Assembly (NCBI GenBank): GCA_000320545.1
Contig: ADNK01001199.1
Location: forward strand, 57,389 to 121,388
Direction: 5' to 3'
Length of the DNA: 64,000 nucleotides
From: Bigelowiella natans CCMP2755
Taxonomy: Eukaryota > Protista > Cercozoa
Shown here: one piece after another, positions 25,340 to 39,738 of the stretch
Position numbering within the stretch: the stretch's first letter is position 1
How the letters are laid out: every line of letters starts with the position of its first letter
Program-made: the position numbers and the translations under genes
Notes under the pieces: generated by a model
The model's database searches: none
What the model was told of the DNA's origin: nothing
The model's input: only the letters and a program-made list of their open reading frames with translations

Positions 25340-25795
25340 TATTATGTAGCGATCGATCGTACTGCTGCCGTTGTTATTGGCCAGTGAAGTAACATTGTAC
25401 GCTCGAATCGAAGTGATTAGCATGGTAGCAACGTGTTTAAAACATGTTACTGTCAATCATCAAAGCGATATAATATATCTAAATATATCCGTGCTAGCAC
25501 AGAAACTAGCTTTGCGATCATAATTAGCAATGATGTGCATGATGAAGAAACGCCGTTTCCAGGCTGCGTGGTAGCGCATTTGCTAGCATTATTGCAATTA
25601 GCGCACACGTCAGCTAATTTGTGCAATGCGACACATATGGCTAGATGGGTGTTAGCCTATATTTATGCATGTACAGAGCAAAATATCATGATAGCCAACA
25701 CACTACACTAGGCATAAATCCCTTTTCTTTATTAAGTCAAAGTTTGTATGTGATGCTGACGCATGGACTACTATGCAGCATCGCACGCACACAGC
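25340..25795. repeat. Convergent-spacer palindrome-rich tract
   Basis: GCGATCGATCG, GTGCTAGCAC, TTGCTAGCA, GGCTAGAT, ATGCAT and TGCA clusters between the ABC-ATPase and hydratase 3' ends. Confidence 0.6.
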
Positions 25796-25799
25796 CCTT

Positions 25800-28364
25800 C
25801 TACCGATGAAATAGCACATATGCTTGATTGATGACCACCCTATCCGTTTCCATGACTCTGACTTCAATCGTATATGCATCCGTCGAATCGTCCAAAGCTG
25901 GTATAATGCCGTCTGTAGGCTCTGCCTTCCACATCTTCGTCACCAACGTGCTTCCAGGGTCAACAGGAGCAGCAAATCGTATTTTAAAGCCTTTGAGCTG
26001 TTAATTGATGATGATTTTTACATGATATTGAGGATGAAATTGTAGGAAATGAGTTTCACCTTCGTTGGATCGTCTTCTGCGCATAGCTTGAGTGCGTGTT
26101 TGATGGCAAACCCGAGCGTGCATAAGCCATGCATTATGGGGCCTTCCAATCCTGCTTCTGTTAGAGAATGGAATAGTTGATTTTAGGACATATTGTAAAA
26201 TAATATATAAGCTTTTTTTATGATATCTTCCGTTATTGTACTGCTACTATTTATTACTCTGAGCAATCTCTGGATCAATGTGCAACGGGTTGAAGTCGTG
26301 AGACCCTAGTCGGTATAAAGTTGGCTGGCCTTTGCAGACGTATACATCAACATTGCGTTACGATTACCAATCTCGCATCATTGAATCGAAGCTGTCTTGG
26401 TTAAGAAATATGACAGTTGGGTAGGGTGTTTCACCGGAGAATGTCTTTTCTGAGATTTCGAAATCTGCCGCTCTCTCTGGACGCGGGATCTTCACACCCA
26501 AAAGACCTGAGTAAATAACACGATAAGATCTCTGCTCATTCTATACGTCAATTCCACAAAATACTCAAGCTTGAAAAGAAAACGTGTGATTGCTAGCATC
26601 ACCCGTTGGGTTTCCGGCCGATTCGAAGCCAGAAAGATCCTGCGATCATACACACAGTAGCACACCAGAGCAAAGCAAACAGCGCCCATTAGAACATTAG
26701 ATTGCCTCCTCCTCCTTCTCCGAGAAGCAATAAAAAGGAATATAAGAATATCCCCTCCAAATGAACATCAATTCAAGGATGGTATGAAATGGCAAAGACT
26801 GTTAGTACAGAGTGGAAGTAGTTACCCTAATGAAGCTCCCTGTGAGCATCTTCGCCAGTATAGTTTCGCCTTCAAACACAGGGTCATCACCACAGAAGCG
26901 AGACTTCAAGTCTTCGGCAGACTCCGGTGGAGTAACCACACGTAGATCTCCTGGACTTGCAATGTCACCCGCTGCTTCTTGTGCTTTCTCCTTACTTATT
27001 TCACTTACAATGTGCTCGGTTTCGACCATCGTCCTATCATGTTTGCATGGTTGACTGTTATCTTGCGTGTAATATCATTCTTACACACACGCACACAGGA
27101 GCGCGCACACACATAATATGAACACTTCAGCACAATAATTATCCTGCGTATATTGCTCACCCTATGCGCTTGTCCATGATGTTCACATGGCGTGATGTAA
27201 TTCGAAAGGTACCTCCCTATTTCCAATATCAAAGGAACATGAATCTCAAGATGGGAATTAGAATCTGGCTACCAATTAAATCTACTACGGCATGGTTGTT
27301 GTATGGCTGTCGTATGGGAGGCCGAAAACTCACAAATCGATAGTTCAAGACCGGTCAAATGTTTTTTGGGGGGGGGGGCATGCTTCAACAAGAACGCATA
27401 TGGCGAATACAGTATTATGACGACCGCAACGTTATTAACAAAGCAGCGAAAATTACCTGAGGTGGCAATTGATTGTATATCTCAACGTATCTCTCAGCAT
27501 CCAAGAACCGATATGGCTGCAAAAATGCCATTCCAGTCACATCGCCACGTGTGATAGCAATAAACACAGCATATTGTATTTCACAGAAGTACAAGATTGG
27601 GGATTATACAGCATACCTCAATCGCTGGGAAACCGGGAATTGGGGTGAGATAAGGGTTCTTCACTAGCTCTGGAGGCATGCTTGTGTTGATTGATGAAGA
27701 ACAAGAACAACAACGACGACGACAACAACGACCAACACTCAGGATAAACAGCTCCCTTCATTTCCGTCAATGTTAGATTCACATTCGCGTTATTCTGCAC
27801 CTTTGATCGTAGACCACTCTCTCAAGCATTGTGCCACAAAAGCTCCATATGCACGGCAGTGTAGGAAACACACTAAACTCTGGAATGTGGTACATGGCAA
27901 CACAAGTTGGTGCGTATGAGATTAGGCATTGCATTGCTATTAGGAGGAGGAAGGGAGAGGAGAGAGGGGTAGGTGACGATGGAAAGAAGACCTGGATGTC
28001 GTTCATACGAAAATTTAAGATTTTCTCCAGCACCAATTCCCAGCGAGTAGAGAATGGAATCCTTTGGAGTTAGTGTCACTACACGGCTATTGTCCCAACC
28101 TAGGAGGAGGAGGAGCATGGGTATGATCTTTCTCTTGAGTGCACTCACATGCCCTTACACTAAAGGTCTTACCAGCATCTATGGCCTTTTGAGCTTCTAC
28201 TTCCACACTACCAGAATGAGAAGCTGAAGACCTGCCGCCGTATACGTACAGAGTGTGTCTGTCTACTATTAGTCTTTGCTTCACTATCTTAAAACTTACA
28301 TCGTGGCTCGTGGAGGCATTCCAACCGTTTTGCGTATGTAGTAAGCCCGGCGTAGGGCTCGCAT
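25800..28364 (-). CDS. Enoyl-CoA hydratase 2 (MFE-2 hydratase / MaoC double hot-dog fold), stand-alone
   Basis: Spliced: TPKDSILYSLGIGAG..LKFSYERHPEFSVFPT, LDAERYVEIYNQLPPQGG, catalytic motif [56 protein letters not shown]. Stop TAG at 25800-25802; start MRALRRAYYIRK at 28364. Confidence 0.88.
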
Positions 28365-28794
28365 AGTTCGCGCAGATAACGCTTCCACCACGACTGTGCT
28401 TCTGATTTCTCGGGCAACAAGCAGGGTGGGGGCCGGTGCTCGAATAATAATGACAAGAATCTTCTGCACATCGAGATAGGAAACAATAATAGTTATTTAT
28501 CGCAAAACTTCGAAAAAATAATTTCTAAATTAATTCCTACCCCGATTACTGACGCCTTCTGTAATCAACTTTCTGGACGTCTCCTCGGACATAATATGGG
28601 CGAATTAATTCGTGAATTAATGTTGGTTTTGAAAATACTTTATCGGTGTTGTTACTATTCTAAGGAGACTAAATTTAGGAAAATATCCTTGGATATATTG
28701 CCGATTGTCATTGGACCAGGAAGCAATAGGCGATTTGCGCATTTGCCGCAACGCACCACGATCGCTCCACGCCCTCCCCCCGAACGTCGGGTCG

Positions 28795-32513
<3,719 letters not shown>

Positions 32514-32569
32514 AGAGAGATGGTTAAAGCAATTAAAAATGTTACTGTATTTCGCTATGTCTCGTATTA

Positions 32570-32920
32570 TCCCGCTAGCGCACCCGACTCATCATGCACG
32601 CAAACATGGGGGCTGTTTATGTCTGAGCTGAAACGCCGCCTCCGGCTTTGGAACATGCGCATCCTGCTAGCCTGTGCAACATGCAAGATTCTACAGCGCG
32701 GCATGCTAGCCTGCTACTTCAAAATATGTGACAATGGCTACATATCGAAGTTTCCCATGCCCTTACCATCTATCATTGACATGCATATAGCATAGCTTTA
32801 ATGTGCACATGCGACAATTTCTGATCTAATTGCGCGTAGCCGGCGGAGCAGAAAGCGCTACCGCGCTGGTGAAAATCATCAACATTGGACTAGTAAGCAT
32901 GTATAGCTGAGTATTAATCA
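32570..32920. repeat. Convergent-spacer palindrome-rich tract
   Basis: CGCTAGCG, TGCTAGCC, GCATGCTAGC, ACATGCAT and GTGCACATGC between the U2SURP and PAN-protein 3' ends. Confidence 0.6.
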
Positions 32921-33133
32921 ATTAATATTTATCATTGTTAAACGTGATGCAAACTATGTCGTCTTGGGGCTTGCTTGCATGTCTATCTGTTGTTCCAGCA
33001 ACCTCATGATTGATGAACACTATCGTCATTTGTAGTGCAAAAGTTATCAAAAAGACTAATCGCGACCAAATATCGGGGCTAGTTCCTCCGAGAAATAATT
33101 GCATTAAGAATGAGAATGCTTCTGCATATTGCT

Positions 33134-34395
33134 TTAGCAAAGCATCTTATGATTTAGGTAGCACCCCAAGTTGCTTTGTCCAGCAGCCATTTCTACGATA
33201 TTTATGGAATTTAGTTAAGACCAAATGTACTTTCATAAATGTGTTAACGTATTCATGATCTGAATTTCTCATCAATCTATTCTGACTAGGGAGCACTATA
33301 TCTTCGAATATCCCTCAATTCTCCCCCCCCCAAATTTCTTAAATGCGAATATGACAAATATTAATTCTGTGAAGCGAAATATCAAAGTGTATGAAATGTT
33401 TTTTGTCTTAAAGAGGTCCCTTCTTTCTCCCTAAATTTTGAGCATATATTTGATATATGAAAATTATTGCGTACCTTGATCGGGATGGCTAATTTGGAGA
33501 TTATGCAAGCCTAATTCTCCAAACGTCTCGGACTGTCAGATATTTGGTAGGACATTTGTGAGTCTGCTGCTGTATGAATCTCAATTGAAATATATACTTA
33601 CTTTAACGAATTCACTATACGTCCAGCAGATAGGATCTCTCCTTCGGCCCAAAGCCTCATATGAAACTTGGAAAGCAGTGCATGATGATTGTCCATCGCA
33701 GGCATCCTTGCAAAGTGCTTCCATTTCCACTGCATTCGTGCTCGATAAATCCATTTTGTGAAGTTCGTTTCCCATACATACATCCCCAACCCGGTTGTAC
33801 TTCATGGAATGCGCACATTGGTTGGTATTGATGTAGCAACCAAGAAGAGGAGACTTTGCGCCTGAGTGGTGTGAAGTCAGCAGGAAGAATAGCAACATTC
33901 ATATTATTGCTTACCGTTGTGAAGATCTGCGAGCCTTAGGTGACCCACGAAGGAACTCCCAAAAGTTTGTGCCTGCAGTAGCAGAACATGGGAAATTGAT
34001 AAATGAATTTCTATCATATATGCGATTTGCATTTAACACTGACTGACCCCTGTGATTTCGGAATACTTGTAGCAGGTAGGCTGTTGCTCTGTGCTTATTC
34101 CCACTTCATATGCCACGTTGAATGCTATGCAGCCGGAAGTGGAGAGGCAGGACTTCTTACACTCCGTAAACATGTTCGAAGGGGTCAAATCTGTGAGATT
34201 TACTCTGTTGAGTGACATTTCTGTTCCTGTGCAGACGTCTCCTGTTTTCGTATAAGGATTCTGCGGCGTCACTGTCGAAAGTAGCGCATTCGTCTCATTC
34301 TGCACGTTTTCATCGAGCGGAATATCTAAATAATTAAGTGCCACAGCCCCATAGGATAGGGAGACGAGCAAGAGGATGGAGCGGGAATGGATCAT
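33134..34395 (-). CDS. Secreted protein with two tandem Cys-rich PAN/apple-like repeats; 5 exons
   Basis: Signal peptide MIHSRSILLLVSLSYGAVA. Repeat 1: GDVCTG..ECKKSCLSTSGCIAFNV..TCYKYSE|AQTFG..|..LGCYIN. Repeat 2: GDVCMG..LCKDACDGQSSCTAFQV..ICWTYSE|SETFG..|..LGCYLN. C-x3-C-x5-C-x-AF is the PAN/apple pattern. Stop at 33134-33136. Confidence 0.7.
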
Positions 34396-34817
34396 TGCGA
34401 ACTCGATGTGTGATAACACTCTCTGGATTGTGCCAATTTATTATTTGTAACGCCGAAAAAAGTAAATAAAGTCATTATGCAAAAAATGACCTATAATCCT
34501 TTAAAGCGACAGACCTATGATCCCGAGAACATCTACCATTTTATGTCTGCGACAATATTATCATCTTTGGTATTTTCTTTGTGTGAAATACTCTGGATGG
34601 TTTCAGGTGATTTCCCGATTATGAGCTTATTTTACGTTTTTGGCCTGCATTTAAGCCATCATTGGGGCGCATCCGCCCACTGATCACATATTTTCTGCAT
34701 ATTTTGTTTTGGATAAATACAGGGCCTCAGAGGTACGCGACAAGGAGATAAGGTCATATCGGAATATCGTAAACCGAAAACGCTCACCCCGCTGAGTAGA
34801 GACCACTTCAGAAGGAC

Positions 34818-37806
34818 ATGTTGAAGCGGAGTTCGACCCTCCTGGTTCTTGCAACCCAAATTGTCCTCTTAGCTGCACTCCAAGATTCGTTGGGGGATAG
34901 GTTAGATGTTTGGAAATTGCACATGGCGACATATATGAGTGTTGTTTGTCTCTATAATAGGGTATTGGAATCGGAAGTGCCAGGCTCTCATGTGGATGAT
35001 TACAGTAATTTCTTCTTGTCTATCGTTATCATTGCTGCCTTTAACAATCGCCTTATATCTATCAGGAAATCTTGATTTAATGGATCAAGACTTCAATGAA
35101 TATCTACCTCAAAGTATCTTGATTGCAACCCATGCATTCTTTCCGTACTTTTCTTGATATATGGTTTTACCAACCAAAATACTGACAGACAACAAATTTT
35201 CATTGACTGCCTGTGCTCTTATTCATTCCAATTAACCAGAAGTGATATTGAATACCACGAATCCCGAAGCAGAAGAATTCAAAAGGCTCCTTGGGTAGGT
35301 CCAAACATTGCGTGTCAATATACCACATTTCATTTGAGATCCTTGTCAGGCATCTTCTGAGTTCCAGATGCTCGCAGCCGCGAAAACTTACATCAATACT
35401 AAACTTTGGTGGCTTTGGCTCAAGTTTGCACTCGACGGTGAAACCGCTTATGTGGGGTACGTTATATCGATTGAATCTGCATCATCTAGACTGCTGAGCT
35501 GGTTCATTATTATTTGATTCAGGAATGAAATACGGATATTGCATGGATGTAAGTTTTAAAAGTTTTGTTTATGGAAATTCTACCAAGTATTTCCAAGCAA
35601 GCTTTCCAAACAACACGGATGCTTTCACTCCAGCTGCAGGTGACAACTGTTTTCATAATCTACATCTCCGATTTTCTATGGCAAAACGTACTCAATAGAG
35701 AATTTTACTTCCACATCCAGATACTTTTGAGAAAGTTCCGGATTGCAATCTTGATCCTGACGCTCAAACCATTCGGGCCACTCGCTTCAATGTTCCCCTC
35801 GATGGGGAGGAGTCATTTGTAGCGACTGATGGAAGTAAGTGATTTTCTCCTAAGAGGTGTACACTTTCAGTGCTGTGCTGCAATGAAATGTCTTTTTGTT
35901 TAAGAGTAACATTCTCACACAATCGTGTCATCTGGTCATTCAGAGGAGAAACACCCATGTTGGAGAGAACTCTCAATTCTCGGTCAAAACTCAGAGGATT
36001 TCATGCCAAAGGTATCCTTATTCACGACTATTGAGGTTTCAGGTTGAGAGTTGATTTCTTTCTTCTTTGTAGTCATTCTACGGACAGCCAGCTTTCTTTG
36101 CTGTTAGTAACATCATCAGCTCAGTCTTTGCTCCCTCGAACCGAATGAAGAAGAAGATAGCTGGTAGTCACTGACATTTGACATGTGCTGCCTGATGTAC
36201 ATCTCCGATTAACGTCAAGGACCCTAGATACCTGTTTCAACTAATCGATCACAATTTACGTCTCCTACTCCGCACTGATTGCTTACATGATGCTGTCAGT
36301 AATGAAGAAGAAAATTGGCTGGCCTACTGACCGCAAAGTTCTCGGCCTGCATGTTCGCCTTGGGGACGCATGTAATCCAAATTAGGAACGAATATATCAT
36401 TATGAACATAGTGACAGCCCCTGATGTAGTGTTGAAATCAATGAATCTCATTATTAAAGGCACACAGCCCAAGTGTAGTAGCGTATTATTCGAATGTAGT
36501 AACGTATTGCTGGTGATAGGCACCGATGAGACTCAAACATGGAGAGGAATCACGTGTTACCCTTTGAGCTACTTTATGGACAAGGTGCTAGATAGAGAAG
36601 AAACACTGAATAAGATGCTACATGAGATGGAACAATATTATATGAAAGAAACCCCAACCACCCAACTCAGTGGAGTTTTCCCTTATGTCGGTGTCATTTC
36701 CTTAGGTTAAGGAAGTGACACGGCTGTACGGCATCAAGGACATATTCCTTGTTTCGGAGAGTAAATCGACCTTTCAGGAAACGAAAAAGTGAATACTACC
36801 TAATTCTAAGGCCAACCTTTAATTCAGTGTGTGTCGTGTATCTGCGCATTGACAAGATGTTATCTTCGGTTGGAACTAGATATCCCGAATTCAATTGGAT
36901 TTCGAATGGGGCTCCGCCGGCAATCCCTGAGAACATTGCCATTGAACAAGCCCTCCTCGCTAAAATAAGTAGCCCTCAAGAGGTAACTTCTGTGGTCAGC
37001 CTCGCAATCATTATTTAGTTAAGTCGTTCGACAATGATTCATCTGATATAGGAAGATGGCGAGTAGTACCCTGTTTATATTTATTTTGATCTTCCTCGAT
37101 ACCTAGGTCGGAGAAAGGTGGTATCTCGAAATGATGCTGATGGCGGAGAGCTATGCGATGATCGGTGCTGGAACAAAAATGATTGATTCACCGACATAAC
37201 AAAATCACCTCTACAAACATCATGACCGATTTCATATTTATCTTGTCTCAGGCAAGTTCTCCAGCAACTTCTTCCGTGCAGCTCTGGAGTATAACTTTGG
37301 TAGTGATTCAATCACAGAGATGTTTTCTGTGTTCGCTAAACATGAATTCACTTATACGCACAAATATACAATACATATTGATAAATTTGTATTTGAGTGA
37401 ATGCATTATTGAGCATGAATGCTGGAAATTAACGAAAGAAAAAAGGATGAATGAGGAGATAATCACATAAACACAACCTCAGGTTCAACATATACGTTGA
37501 AGCCATATGTTGGCATGGATTCTTCATGGTAAAAGACGAAGTTATTTCATTTTCTTAAAGCCAATTACATTTCAGTAGTTGCCGTACTACCGTTGAGGAA
37601 AATCTAACTCATTTTCGATTAAAGGTGCTTTGCATACGGCGAGCTTCATCCGCTCATTCAAACAGTTTCTGATGAGGTACTTACATGTACTAAATTGACG
37701 CGTATGTTCGCCAGGATTAATTATTATTCAATTTTTGCAGATTGAGATGGTATTCCAACCGGAGGGCCGAAGAATATTCTCGGATAGACACAAGTTCATA
37801 TGCTGA
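34818..37806 (+). CDS. GT23 / alpha-1,6-fucosyltransferase (FUT8)-like glycosyltransferase, multi-exon
   Basis: Signal/anchor MLKRSSTLLVLATQIVLLAAL; GGFGSSLH; motif I KKIGWPTDRKVLGLHVRLGDAC (~36302-36372); motif II YGIKDIFLVSE; motif III LMAESYAMIGKFSSNFFRAALE; PYVGMDSSWCF. Stop TGA at 37804-37806. Confidence 0.72.
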
Positions 37807-38253
37807 TAATCATATGCAACGGTTTATGTCGTCATATTTTATCGTAGCATAATTGTAAAAGACTTTAAATATAATGATTTTATTTAGCGTATGGTGAGTT
37901 TCGTTATCGAACATGCAAGATGTTATGTAGTCTAATTTTTAAAAAGATAGAACATCATAGGAGGCAATAATTTTGTTACATGCATGGATGCGGTGTGGGA
38001 GCTTTGCAGGAGACTACGTCGAGGGAGTATGTTGTGTTGTTTGTGGCCTGGAACGCAACCTATTTGCAATGCCAGGCCTGGGCGCACAGTTGCGTCCGGC
38101 CATATGTGCTCACCCTCACACATGCACCACACAGCTCAGCGCATCATCATCGAAACTGTCGTCTAGAATGTCCATTGGCCATGCTAGTATGATGTTGCAT
38201 GGTTGTCGCGGGATGGCATCAGTCATCAACAACGACTCACAACAAGCGCACCA

Positions 38254-38669
38254 TTTTAGCAGGCTTGCGGTAGCTGCTTAGCTTTTGTGCGCGGGACTGT
38301 GCTGATGTCACTGAGTGTCAACACGCGGTCCTGTGTGCGTTTGAATTGTGTTGATGACTTGTGACTTGCGCTGCATGCATGTGCGCATTGGGTTCCGGCG
38401 CATTCGCGAAGATTCTCGAATCTTCCAGAATTCTCTCGAATTCTCTGGAAGATTCTCGAAGCTTCCGGAATGCTCTCGAAGATTCTGGAAGATTCTCGAA
38501 TCTTCCGGAATGTTCTCGAAGCTTCTGGAAGATTCTCGAAGCTTCTCGAAGATTCCCGAAGTTCTGAGAACTTCCATGCGCATGTGCGCAGCGCAGCGTG
38601 CAGCACGAGTGGACGTGCGCATGCTGCGACAGCTCCTTGATCGTGGGTGGCGCGGCCAGACCGCTGACA
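38254..38669 (-). repeat. 3' LTR of Copia element
   Basis: Direct repeat of 44366-44781. In element sense it begins TGTCAGC and ends GCTAAAA; preceded by a short G-rich PPT-like ATGGGGGCG (38670-38678). Confidence 0.95.
38401..38570. promoter_or_regulatory. Heat-shock-element-like array (17 x 10 bp nnTTCnnGAA) in 3' LTR
   Basis: All 17 decamers end in GAA; 13 of the first 16 are exact nnTTCnnGAA, i.e. alternating inverted nGAAn units. Confidence 0.8.
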
Positions 38670-39056
38670 CGCCCCCATGGACGTGGTGACCACGATCAGA
38701 GTGCTGATGTGCACGTGCCATTTCTGCCATGGTGACAGAACTTTTGCACGGTGCTGCACATGGACGCCATTCCCAAAGGTTTCGGAGTCCGAATGGTTGG
38801 CAAAATTTTGCCGACCAAACATCGCACCACCAGACGCCTGAAACTCTGTGCAGAGGCACAAAATTCCCAGGCTTGCAACTGGGCAAGGTGCCATGGGCAT
38901 GGTGCACTCCGAAATCGGCAGGAAAAATTCTTGCCTGACTGGGCAAGGTGCCACCATTTCGGTACGAACTGGGACTTGTCCAAAAAATTAATTTTTTAAA
39001 CGACACCAGTGTGCTTCCAGAAAAAATTCTGGAATCCCTCACGTGCTTCCAGAAAA

Positions 39057-39096
39057 CATTCTGGAACATTCTGGAACATTCTGGAACATTCTGGAA
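39057..39096. promoter_or_regulatory. Second HSE-like array (CATTCTGGAA)x4 in the element's 3' untranslated region
   Basis: Perfect tandem decamer matching nnTTCnnGAA, preceded by two TTCCAGAA units. Confidence 0.6.
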
Positions 39097-39738
39097 CACC
39101 GATCTGGTTTCCCATAGTCAGGTCCCCAAATTTAGGAACTTCGATCGACCGTGCTTTTAACTCTTCACCTTGCCCCACCTCTTGTGATGAGGCGAGCTAC
39201 GTACACGTCCACGTCCCCCAATGGAGCTCTTCCCTGAGAGACGAAATTGCGGGCTGGGCTCCAAATACTGTTGGCTGGCTGGGTTGCAGCCATGCCAGAT
39301 CGAGAAGGAATGCCGAAGAGAATACAGTCTGCCTTCGTGGGTCTGAAGGCATCATACTCTGGTCATAGCGACATTGTTCTTCCACACCTCCACACAGGGA
39401 AGGCAGTTTTTTTCTGTCTTATTTATTTTTAATTTCGTAGGTATCTCGTAGTATATAGCCTTATATCTTGTTCTTGTTTTGTAGGTATCCTGTCTTTGTT
39501 CCACATTCGCCCCCATGATTGTGCAGTGTCTGGAAGACAGACACTGTGCAATTATATAATCCATAGCGTAATTTACATTCGCCCCCATCGGAGCTGTGCA
39601 CATAGCTGTGCATATAGTCCATAGTAAGATACGCAAGGAAAGGTACACACATATAAAGATGTGTGCCATTAAAACCTTGCAGCCTATATGTTCATATGTT
39701 GTAGGTTTCTAGATGGACGTGGGGCTTTTATAGGGCGT

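Noticed and set aside
38401-38570. CRISPR-like or telomeric interpretation of the periodic array
   Set aside because: Contiguous 10-bp units without unique spacers, inside an LTR of a eukaryotic retrotransposon.
38256-39099. ORFs of 233 and 263 aa (and copies at 44368-44870) overlapping the LTRs, as a possible env-like or extra gene
   Set aside because: They arise because the region lacks TA (hence TAA/TAG stops) and contains the decamer array; the translations are repetitive and open in several frames on both strands.
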